This document shows, in pieces, positions 1-5,416 of a stretch of DNA of 5,650 nucleotides. The first letter of the stretch is position 1, and every line of letters begins with the position of its first letter. A model generated the notes under the pieces. The model was given only the letters and a program-made list of their open reading frames with translations. It ran no database searches and was not told the DNA's origin. The DNA lies in the IMG/VR virus record IMGVR_UViG_3300045988_006129, positions 1 to 5,650 of that record. One strand, 5' to 3'. Source of the stretch: a virus. The translations under genes and the position numbers were made by a program.

Positions 1-87
1 GGTTCGCCGGCGCTGGAGGCAGAGCATTCCTCCTTTACATTTGGACGCCGGTTCCCCTACGTCAATTTTACCAAAAAGAAAAAAAAC
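1..87. repeat. Direct terminal repeat, copy 1 (identical to 5564-5650). It marks a circular genome with a 5563-nt unit.
   Basis: Base-by-base comparison shows 1-87 (ggttcgccggcgctggagg...ccaaaaagaaaaaaaac) is identical to 5564-5650. The window ends exactly where the identity ends. Confidence 0.95.
65..73 (-). promoter_or_regulatory. Candidate extended -10 promoter (TGgTAAAAT) for the structural operon. A second copy lies in the terminal repeat at 5628-5636.
   Basis: The minus strand reads gcgttttttttctttttGGTAAAATtgac. TG-n-TAAAAT is preceded by a long T-rich tract. TTGACC and TTGACA hexamers lie upstream but at non-optimal spacing (21 nt or more). The site is about 105 nt upstream of the 34-aa ORF across the circular junction. 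Confidence 0.4.
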
Positions 88-164
88 GCAAGGTCAATTT
101 TTGTCAACCTCACGTTTTTTGATTAGTTCCAACTTATTTTTCCTTCGTTTTCTAGTCTTCTTAG

Positions 165-239
165 GTATTTGTATTTGTATCTTCCTTCGCAACTTGTTGA
201 GGATCTGTATTTTTCATCGTATCTGTATGGGAAGTATCT
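165..239. repeat. Cluster of GTATYT iteron-like short direct repeats in the AT-rich non-coding region
   Basis: GTATTT 165-170, GTATTT 171-176 and GTATCT 177-182 are tandem. Further copies are GTATTT 207-212, GTATCT 219-224, GTATGG 225-230 and GTATCT 234-239. ATCTGTAT occurs at 203-210 and 221-228. TTCCTTCG occurs at 140-147 and 182-189. Confidence 0.6.
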
Positions 240-315
240 TTCTCCTTTGTACCCTATTATGAATTGCACTGTATCGTCTTCGTTAAGGCAGAACTTTGTC
301 TGGATGGCCGTCCGG

Positions 316-333
316 TCGGCGCTGGTGCGCCGA
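316..333. other. GC-rich hairpin with a tetraloop
   Basis: tcggcgc (316-322) pairs with gcgccga (327-333), giving a perfect 7-bp stem with the loop tggt. Confidence 0.45.
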
Positions 334-337
334 ATGA

Positions 338-380
338 AAAGGACGGCGTAGCTTTCCGTAACTACGCCGTTCTGTCCTTT
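338..380 (-). terminator. GC-rich hairpin downstream of VP4, candidate intrinsic terminator
   Basis: The core stem acggcgtag (343-351) pairs with ctacgccgt (362-370) around a 10-nt loop. The outer arms aaaggac (338-344) and gtccttt (374-380) can extend the stem. On the minus-strand transcript the core stem is followed by CCTTTTCATT. Confidence 0.45.
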
Positions 381-382
381 AT

Positions 383-403
383 TGGCCGTTCTCCCCCCGG
401 CCA
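383..403. other. Hairpin immediately after the VP4 stop codon
   Basis: tggccg (383-388) pairs with cggcca (398-403), giving a 6-bp GC-rich stem with the 9-nt loop ttctccccc. Confidence 0.4.
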
Positions 404-404
404 C

Positions 405-1583
405 TTATATTTCATCTCTTCTTAGTTTGGAGAACTTTTCTTGATTTTTCGCGTCGATGTTGTTATAATGTTCTTGCAGACTATAGCCGTGTTGTGCGAG
501 CTGAGCGAATAGAGCGTCGTTGGCGATTTTCCGCCGCCTTCTCTTTATTTCCTTGAGTTCGTCCGACTCGGCTTTTATTATTAGAGCTTCGTAATCCTTT
601 TCCGTTTCGGCGTTTAGTGGTTCGCTGTTGCTGTGTTCAAGATCAAAGAGCTTGTCGAAGTATGCTGGCGGTTTACATCTTTTGCCCTTACTCAGCTGGA
701 TGCTGTCTTTTTGGTATATCTCATCTTTATGGTCTTCGTAGTATCTCCAGCCGATTGATGGTTTTGTGCTGATTCTGCTATCTTCCTCCTCGATACACAT
801 ATCGAGGAATTTTTCTTTTGCCTCACCATATGCTTTCTTGGAACAGTATGCTGCTGTATATGCCATGTCGTTCCATTCTGCCACTCCGATGATTACAAAG
901 CCTTTTCCCCATATCTGGTTGAGCCATGCGCAGGTGTAGTATACTCTGCCCTTCTGTTTTTTATACACCTTCAGTTCTTTCGGGTTTATGTATAAGCTGT
1001 ACACGATTGCATGATAATGCGGTCTGTGCGTTTTCGTGCCGTATTCTCCACTAGCGTAGTACATGAGTTTATTTTTCATGCCTACTTTTTCATCATATAC
1101 TTGGTATTCCCTTTTGTGGTATTCTGTCCACCTTCTCAGCCTTTTCCAGAATGCCGTCAGGTCATTATAGTCTAGTGTCAGGTTCGTTGTATACTCTCCG
1201 CTTGGAGCTTTCAGCACTCCGTTTTTGTCGATGCCTTTGCCTCTTTCGATATTGATTGGAACGTGCTTGTTGTCGTATGTCAACGTCAGGAACCAAGCCT
1301 GATCGTGATACGGTAATTCCATCTCCATTCGATTTGCCCAGCTCTTGCGTCTATCTAAAATGCATCCTTGGCAATGCTTACAAGGACAGATTACAATTTC
1401 GCCGGTTTTGATTTTTGCTTTGACTTCTCGCTCTCTTCTGCGCTGCGTTGTCATGTCGTCAGCTGGCGCTGTGTTCGGCTTGTTCGACATTCCGTATTTG
1501 ATATAGCGCTCTAGTGAACTGAAAAAATCATCTCCGTTTTTCTTCGCTCCGAAGATTCTAATGTTGGGTCTGCCACATGGCAT
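405..1583 (-). CDS. VP4: Replication initiation protein VP4, an HUH rolling-circle endonuclease of the phiX174 gpA family
   Basis: 392-aa ORF. The SD GGAGGTG lies 8 nt upstream of the ATG at 1583. RCR motif I is FLTLTY (nt 1275-1292). The HUH motif is HYHAIVY (nt 999-1019). The catalytic motif YTAAYCSKK has two Tyr residues spaced by 3 residues, as in phiX174 A protein YVAKYVNK (nt 834-860). A Cys cluster CPCKHCQGC precedes ILDRRKSWANR, which resembles the gokushovirus VP4 N-terminal region. Confidence 0.93.
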   Translation of the reverse strand: MPCGRPNIRIFGAKKNGDDFFSSLERYIKYGMSNKPNTAPADDMTTQRRREREVKAKIKTGEIVICPCKHCQGCILDRRKSWANRMEMELPYHDQAWFLTLTYDNKHVPINIERGKGIDKNGVLKAPSGEYTTNLTLDYNDLTAFWKRLRRWTEYHKREYQVYDEKVGMKNKLMYYASGEYGTKTHRPHYHAIVYSLYINPKELKVYKKQKGRVYYTCAWLNQIWGKGFVIIGVAEWNDMAYTAAYCSKKAYGEAKEKFLDMCIEEEDSRISTKPSIGWRYYEDHKDEIYQKDSIQLSKGKRCKPPAYFDKLFDLEHSNSEPLNAETEKDYEALIIKAESDELKEIKRRRRKIANDALFAQLAQHGYSLQEHYNNIDAKNQEKFSKLRRDEI

Positions 1584-1606
1584 GGATGTTTCACCTCCCG
1601 GGGTCG

Positions 1607-1649
1607 CACTGGGGGGAAATGTCCCTCTTGATTACATTTCCCCCCAGTG
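1607..1649. repeat. Perfect 16-bp inverted repeat (hairpin) between the RHH gene and VP4
   Basis: cactggggggaaatgt (1607-1622) is the exact reverse complement of acatttccccccagtg (1634-1649). The loop is 11 nt (ccctcttgatt). On the coding strand the repeat ends 10 nt before the VP4 SD. Confidence 0.9.
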
Positions 1650-1731
1650 ACACAAAAATGCGTCTGACGGTTACTGTCGGGCCTGTATTTTTGTTGCATT
1701 CAGTTTGCACGGCGAAGCCGTCAAACGGTGG

Positions 1732-1896
1732 TTAGTCGCTGTATCCAAGGATCTGTGCGAACATATCTATTGCATCTCTGACAATGTCGCTGTCCATGTA
1801 CTTGTCTCCTGTTTTATGAGCCTCTATATATTTCAGCTCGTCTACCTGTTTTTGTGTTAGGTTGATGTTGATCCTCTTTGCAATCTGACTTTTCAT
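1732..1896 (-). CDS. Ribbon-helix-helix (CopG/Arc/MetJ-like) DNA-binding protein, 54 aa
   Basis: The internal ATG at 1896 is preceded by AGGAGG with a 6-nt spacer (ggctatAGGAGGctaaccATG). The protein is MKSQIAKRININLTQKQVDELKYIEAHKTGDKYMDSDIVRDAIDMFAQILGYSD. It shows an N-terminal basic segment, an alternating beta-strand KRININL, helix A QKQVDELKYIEAH and helix B SDIVRDAIDMF, which is the classic RHH pattern. A TTGACA-17-TATATT promoter lies directly upstream. Confidence 0.68.
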   Translation of the reverse strand: MKSQIAKRININLTQKQVDELKYIEAHKTGDKYMDSDIVRDAIDMFAQILGYSD

Positions 1897-1937
1897 GGTT
1901 AGCCTCCTATAGCCAAGTGTGTGATTGGTACACTCAT

Positions 1938-1966
1938 AATATACACCTCTTTTCTCCACTTGTCAA
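1938..1966 (-). promoter_or_regulatory. Sigma70-type promoter for the RHH (and probably VP4) transcription unit
   Basis: The minus strand reads TAAaatagTTGACAagtggagaaaagaggtgTATATTatgag. The -35 TTGACA is at 1966..1961, the spacer is exactly 17 nt, and the -10 TATATT is at 1943..1938. The promoter starts 5 nt after the VP2 stop and lies about 40 nt upstream of the RHH ATG. Confidence 0.6.
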
Positions 1967-1971
1967 CTATT

Positions 1972-2910
1972 TTATGGAAGCATCGGAAGACCCGGCAGTA
2001 AGTTGAATTGGCCTTTTGCTCCAAGGCCTGCGTCAAGTCGCCCTTCGTTTTTGAACTGGTGACCTTCGGTTTTCTGTTCCTGCTGTGTGGTGCTGTCCAT
2101 TCGCTCACCCAGCTGGCCAACGGTTTTTGCGCTGCTGCTTACGGTTTGCTGTTGCATCTGTTCGAGGTGCTCAGCTGTCCAGTAGTCAGAACTTTGTTTC
2201 GCGTTGTTGATGGCCGTTTGAAAGTTCTGCACGATCTGTGCGGTGTTGTTGCCGTAGTCATACATTGCCTGCATGGTTGCGTTTTTGGCTGCTGGTGCTG
2301 TCAGAGCCTGGGCGTGTGCGAAGGTCTGACCGCCGCCGAGACTTCCATAGCCTCCTGATGGCGTTTGCGCCCCATAGCCGTTATAGGCTGCTAAGATAGG
2401 ATTCAATCCCGCTGCTTTAAGGTCTGCCACGCCTCTTTGATAGCTCGTGTTGGCCATTCGTTCTTGCCAGTCTCTTTGTGCTTTGGCCTCAGCTGAGTTA
2501 TACCGCATTGCGCTGCTTTGGCTTGCTGCACTCATGGCATTGGATGCTAGAGCGTTTCCCATGTTGAGAAGATTGCCCATCATCCATGTACCGGTCTGCA
2601 AGTCGTTGGCTGTTTTTGCGTTCGCTGCGTTGAAGCCCGCTGCTGTTTGAGCATTGTTGCTTGTCGGCGTTCCGAGTGCTGTTGCCAGCAGATTTCCCAG
2701 TGCGCTTGTGTTGCCGGTCTGGACGCTCCCACCTGCGCTTGTAGTGTCCTGTGCGGTGCTTCCCATGGTTGTACCGCTTTGGATTGTGTTTTGCATTGTG
2801 CCCTGCTGTTTTGCGCTGGAGGTGCTCCCTTTTATGCTGTTGTATATGCTGTATAATGTGTTTGCCAGAGTTAGGCCGCCTTTGACAAGGCCCATTAGCC
2901 CGATTGCCAT
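1972..2910 (-). CDS. VP2: Minor capsid / DNA pilot protein VP2
   Basis: 312-aa ORF. The SD AAGGAGGTG lies 5 nt upstream of the ATG at 2910. The protein has a hydrophobic N-terminus and long A/G/Q/S/T/N-rich low-complexity stretches. It carries the motif RDWQERMANTSYQRGVADLKAAGLNPILAAY, which I recall from gokushovirus VP2. It sits immediately downstream of VP1. Confidence 0.85.
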   Translation of the reverse strand: MAIGLMGLVKGGLTLANTLYSIYNSIKGSTSSAKQQGTMQNTIQSGTTMGSTAQDTTSAGGSVQTGNTSALGNLLATALGTPTSNNAQTAAGFNAANAKTANDLQTGTWMMGNLLNMGNALASNAMSAASQSSAMRYNSAEAKAQRDWQERMANTSYQRGVADLKAAGLNPILAAYNGYGAQTPSGGYGSLGGGQTFAHAQALTAPAAKNATMQAMYDYGNNTAQIVQNFQTAINNAKQSSDYWTAEHLEQMQQQTVSSSAKTVGQLGERMDSTTQQEQKTEGHQFKNEGRLDAGLGAKGQFNLLPGLPMLP

Positions 2911-2922
2911 TGTTCCACCTCC

Positions 2923-4545
2923 TTAGATGGTATCAAGGCCCGGGATGCTGTAGATAGGCATTGCCCTTGTCCACGTCTGGTCGAAGTAAAAGTTGCAGAT
3001 GAATTGACGGCTGTTTTGGCTTTCTACTGCGATCGTTCTATCAATGTTTTGTCTTCCCTCTTTAATCCAGTCGCTCGAGAGTCTCGGCAGTTCGTTGTAC
3101 TTGTCGGCATAGTGCCATGCGTCCAGCGTCTGAGCGTAGGTGCTGCGCATTTCGCCCGTGATCATGTTGGTGCGGTATCTGTAGTCTGCCCAAGCTTCCT
3201 GATAGCCGAATACTTCTTCGTCCTGTGTGTTGCCCTGTGCATAGATTTCCTGATTAAGCACCGCTTGCTCACTGAGGTTTGCAAGCATCGGGTCATAGTA
3301 GGAAAAGCGTGTGCTGCGTGTCCACAGTCGAGAAAGGCCTTGCTGATAGCTGTGATCTACTCGCACTGCTGCCAGACCGATGATGAAACCATGTTCCGTT
3401 GCGCTGTACGTTGCCATGTTCCTGCTCATCGTGGTCATGGAAAATGCTGCGGTATTGCCCTGCGGACTCGTCGAGTCCGTGCTAGACGTCTGAATGACCT
3501 GATTGATGTTGATAGGCAGTCTGTAGCCGCCGATGTATTCCGATCGGTCAAGTCGTGCGTCCGGACTCGTGACACCCCAAGCTCCCTGCAGGATTTCTTT
3601 GTACCGCGTGCCGGTGCGTGCATCTCTTTCCATAATGTGCTGCACTGCGATAGCCTGTCGGAGTTCGTTGATGGTCGCGGCTGTCACGTTGCTCATGTCT
3701 GCGCCCAGTACAGGGTGTAACGAATCGTCTATTTCAGTATAAAACTGTGCCGGTTTTGCTCCGCTCAGTTCATCGCCGTTTTTCCCGGCAAAGTACGGTA
3801 TGAACTGCTTGATTAATCCCACATCGTCGTTTGTCAGTTTTTCTTTCAGATTTGCTGTTCCATATCCGTAGATTGGTGCCGTTCCTGTCATCGGCAGCGT
3901 TATAGCCTCGCCTTTCTGCGGACTCGGCAGGCAGCTTGTAAAGTAGTCCTTATATTTACAGACTTTGAGCGGCAGGCCTCCGGCTTCGGTGTCGGTGAGT
4001 GCCGTTCCTGCGTTGCTTCCTGCGGTCGTGGCGTCCGTCTTGCTCATCGTGACAGGCTGCTGTAAATTTTCGTCTCGAAACCATTCGTTCCAGATTTTGG
4101 CGTATGCCCGGAAAGGCAGGCTGTTTACCTGAAGGTTTTCTACTCCGGTCGGAATGCCGAAGTAATCCGCCAGCGTGCCCACGTTCCAGCCTCCGGTCGG
4201 TGCAGTCGTTTTCGGAGTCGTGTACTCTACCTTTTCTGCCCAGAAGGTCGAGTCGTTTTGGCCCATGAGGTTTTCGAAATGCTCCCACAGCAGCCGCGAT
4301 GGTACGAAGAAGAAGTAAAAGTCACAGTAGCAGTTATCCATGACAGGATACAGCGGTGTGCTCATACGCATAAGCGCATTCAGATCGATCTTTGCCGTGT
4401 CTGCCGGGAGTACCTCGTCACAGTAGATCGGGACGAGATCGCCTTCGTTCATCGTGGTCAGCAGGCTATAATCCCGCTTGAATCTCGCACGCGGTATGTT
4501 TGCATGAGGCACTTGGCTGTAGTGCTGTTCGGCGTTTCGGTTCAT
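2923..4545 (-). CDS. VP1: Major capsid protein VP1 (Microviridae F-like jelly-roll capsid)
   Basis: 540-aa ORF. The N-terminus PRARFKRDYSLLTTMNEGDLVPIYCDEVLPADT and the C-terminus FYFDQTWTRAMPIYSIPGLDTI fit the microvirus capsid pattern. The size is typical of gokushovirus VP1. The ATG overlaps the VP3 stop as ATGA. Confidence 0.95.
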   Translation of the reverse strand: MNRNAEQHYSQVPHANIPRARFKRDYSLLTTMNEGDLVPIYCDEVLPADTAKIDLNALMRMSTPLYPVMDNCYCDFYFFFVPSRLLWEHFENLMGQNDSTFWAEKVEYTTPKTTAPTGGWNVGTLADYFGIPTGVENLQVNSLPFRAYAKIWNEWFRDENLQQPVTMSKTDATTAGSNAGTALTDTEAGGLPLKVCKYKDYFTSCLPSPQKGEAITLPMTGTAPIYGYGTANLKEKLTNDDVGLIKQFIPYFAGKNGDELSGAKPAQFYTEIDDSLHPVLGADMSNVTAATINELRQAIAVQHIMERDARTGTRYKEILQGAWGVTSPDARLDRSEYIGGYRLPININQVIQTSSTDSTSPQGNTAAFSMTTMSRNMATYSATEHGFIIGLAAVRVDHSYQQGLSRLWTRSTRFSYYDPMLANLSEQAVLNQEIYAQGNTQDEEVFGYQEAWADYRYRTNMITGEMRSTYAQTLDAWHYADKYNELPRLSSDWIKEGRQNIDRTIAVESQNSRQFICNFYFDQTWTRAMPIYSIPGLDTI

Positions 4546-5039
4546 TCCTTATTTTCTCCTTTCTGCACAGTTTCATCCGTGTCAGGATTGGGCTTTTTTT
4601 GTTCATCCTGCTGAATTTTGATGCCCATCTTGTCAAGCCATTCCTGTTCACCGGCTGTTGCCATCCAGCTTTCGAAGTTCATGCCGAATGCCTGGCGCAC
4701 ACTGAGCGGAAGCTGATTGAACTCTTCCCGCTTCTCGTTCATCATGTTCATGTATTCGGTGTAGGTCTGTGGCAGCTTGCTGGTGTCGATGTACCAGCCC
4801 GGTTTTGCCAGCACACTTTCGTCACCGGCAGCGTACCGGCTCAGAATTGCCATGACATCGCATTCGTCCTTATAGCTCTGGATTTTCTCGTAGGTGTCCA
4901 CTTCGCCCACCTTTTCCAGATACGGCTGTCCTCGGTCGTCATATCGTTCTTTGTACTCCGGTTCAAACCTGTTGCCCGGCTCGTTCGGCAGCGCCAGCGG
5001 TTTTTCGTCCTCGTAGGGTTTAAAGATTCTTACTCCCAT
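4542..5039 (-). CDS. VP3: Internal scaffolding protein VP3
   Basis: 165-aa acidic ORF directly upstream of VP1, with a 4-nt ATGA overlap. The SD AAGGAG lies 8 nt upstream of the ATG at 5039. Size, position and the segment EEFNQLPLSVRQAFGMNFESW resemble gokushovirus VP3. Confidence 0.78.
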   Translation of the reverse strand: MGVRIFKPYEDEKPLALPNEPGNRFEPEYKERYDDRGQPYLEKVGEVDTYEKIQSYKDECDVMAILSRYAAGDESVLAKPGWYIDTSKLPQTYTEYMNMMNEKREEFNQLPLSVRQAFGMNFESWMATAGEQEWLDKMGIKIQQDEQKKPNPDTDETVQKGENKE

Positions 5040-5283
5040 TGAGCTGCTCCTTTTTCATGAGTTCGATGTTGTACATGAGCATTGGCAGCTCCAGCGGCTT
5101 GATCTTGCCGCTTTCGTTGTCGTACTTGCCTAAAAGATAGATCCGCTTATCTTCGCAGTCGGCTTTCTCCATCTCCTGTGCCATCCACTTGAAGGTGCGG
5201 TCGGCCACCTTTTCATTGACCACGATCAGATTGCCGAAGATGCCAGACAGCTCATCTTTCACTGCGTATACCTGAAATTCCAT
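5020..5283 (-). CDS. Small non-structural protein, VP5-like, function unconfirmed
   Basis: 87-aa ORF. The SD AAGGAG lies 7 nt upstream of the ATG at 5283 and overlaps the preceding stop codon. The N-terminus MEFQVYAVKDELSGIFGNLIVVNEKVADRTF fits the h-Y-x-h-x-D...F...N..A.R.F pattern I recall from small gokushovirus proteins encoded upstream of VP3. The ORF overlaps the VP3 start by 20 nt. Confidence 0.6.
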   Translation of the reverse strand: MEFQVYAVKDELSGIFGNLIVVNEKVADRTFKWMAQEMEKADCEDKRIYLLGKYDNESGKIKPLELPMLMYNIELMKKEQLNGSKNL

Positions 5284-5295
5284 GATGATTCTCCT

Positions 5296-5415
5296 TTACA
5301 GTCGGATGCCGCCGCGCGACGGCTTCGGGTTGACGTTGATCTTCTTCGTCTTTTTTGCGGTGTTGGTAAACACTCGCTTATCTTTTTTGGGATTGACCGG
5401 CATACGATGTGCCAT
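5296..5415 (-). CDS. Small highly basic DNA-binding/packaging protein (gokushovirus VP8-like, functional analogue of phiX174 J)
   Basis: Hand-translated 39-aa ORF, not in the supplied track: MAHRMPVNPKKDKRVFTNTAKKTKKINVNPKPSRGGIRL. It has 12 Lys/Arg residues and 1 acidic residue. The C-terminal RGGIRL matches the RGGIR(F/L) tail I recall from chlamydiaphage/gokushovirus ORF8 proteins. The SD AAGGAGG lies 6 nt upstream of the ATG at 5415. Confidence 0.78.
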   Translation of the reverse strand: MAHRMPVNPKKDKRVFTNTAKKTKKINVNPKPSRGGIRL

Positions 5416-5416
5416 A

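Noticed and set aside
1-87. Terminal repeat considered as a biological LTR/ITR, transposon end or att site
   Set aside because: The repeat is direct, exact and positioned precisely at both contig ends. A complete single-copy microvirus gene set lies between the copies. This is the signature of a circular genome linearised by assembly, not of a mobile-element boundary.
190-196. CAACTTG, a 7-mer identical to the start of the phiX174 origin core (CAACTTGATATTAATAAC)
   Set aside because: Only 7 nt match. By rough estimate a 7-mer is expected about 0.7 times by chance in this much two-stranded sequence. It also lies on the window plus strand, which is antisense to the genes and so presumably not the nicked viral strand.
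41-262. Plus-strand 73-aa ORF encoding a very hydrophobic F/L/I/C-rich peptide, superficially a small membrane or lysis protein. The overlapping plus-strand ORF at 169-351 was also considered.
   Set aside because: It has a TTG start with no purine-rich SD upstream. It lies on the strand opposite every supported gene. The hydrophobicity is what translation of a T-rich non-coding strand produces. The ORF runs through the promoter and iteron repeats.
123-404. Minus-strand 93-aa ORF that fills most of the non-coding region
   Set aside because: It starts at a GTG immediately after the VP4 stop, with no SD. It reads straight through three GC-rich hairpins and the repeat block. It has no recognisable motif and an odd Y/K/R-rich repeat-derived C-terminus. 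The non-coding interpretation fits better.
1607-1649. The 16-bp hairpin considered as a rho-independent terminator or as the terminator of a countertranscribed antisense RNA (pMV158 RNAII-like)
   Set aside because: No T-tract follows the stem on either strand. The plus strand continues acacaaaaa and the minus strand continues cgaccccggg. I could not find a convincing plus-strand promoter within 1540-1606. An antisense RNA cannot be excluded without transcript data.
1732-1959. Longer 75-aa version of the RHH ORF from the supplied track
   Set aside because: Its GTG start at 1959 falls inside the spacer of the TTGACA-17-TATATT promoter and has no SD. The internal ATG at 1896 has AGGAGG at ideal spacing and leaves the RHH beta-strand near the N-terminus, as expected.
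2008-2926. Plus-strand ORFs antisense to VP2 (2008-2358, 2447-2650, 2647-2856, 2654-2926), all Cys/Leu/Val/Ala-rich
   Set aside because: These are mirror-frame artefacts of the Ala/Gln/Ser/Thr-rich VP2 codons. They have no SD sites, they overlap each other in different frames, and their composition is implausible.
1511-4651. Minus-strand alternative-frame ORFs embedded in or overlapping known genes (1511-1699, 1899-2120, 3435-3623, 3956-4288, 4466-4651), considered as phiX174 E/K-like overlapping genes
   Set aside because: None has an SD, a transmembrane-like segment or a recognisable motif. Several are Arg-rich frameshift-type sequences. 1899-2120 would read through the RHH promoter.
3004-5042. 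Plus-strand ORFs antisense to VP1 and VP3 (3004-3720, 3533-3742, 4258-4614, 4500-5042)
   Set aside because: They are antisense to confidently identified capsid and scaffold genes. They have no SD and no recognisable motifs, and long antisense ORFs are common by chance.
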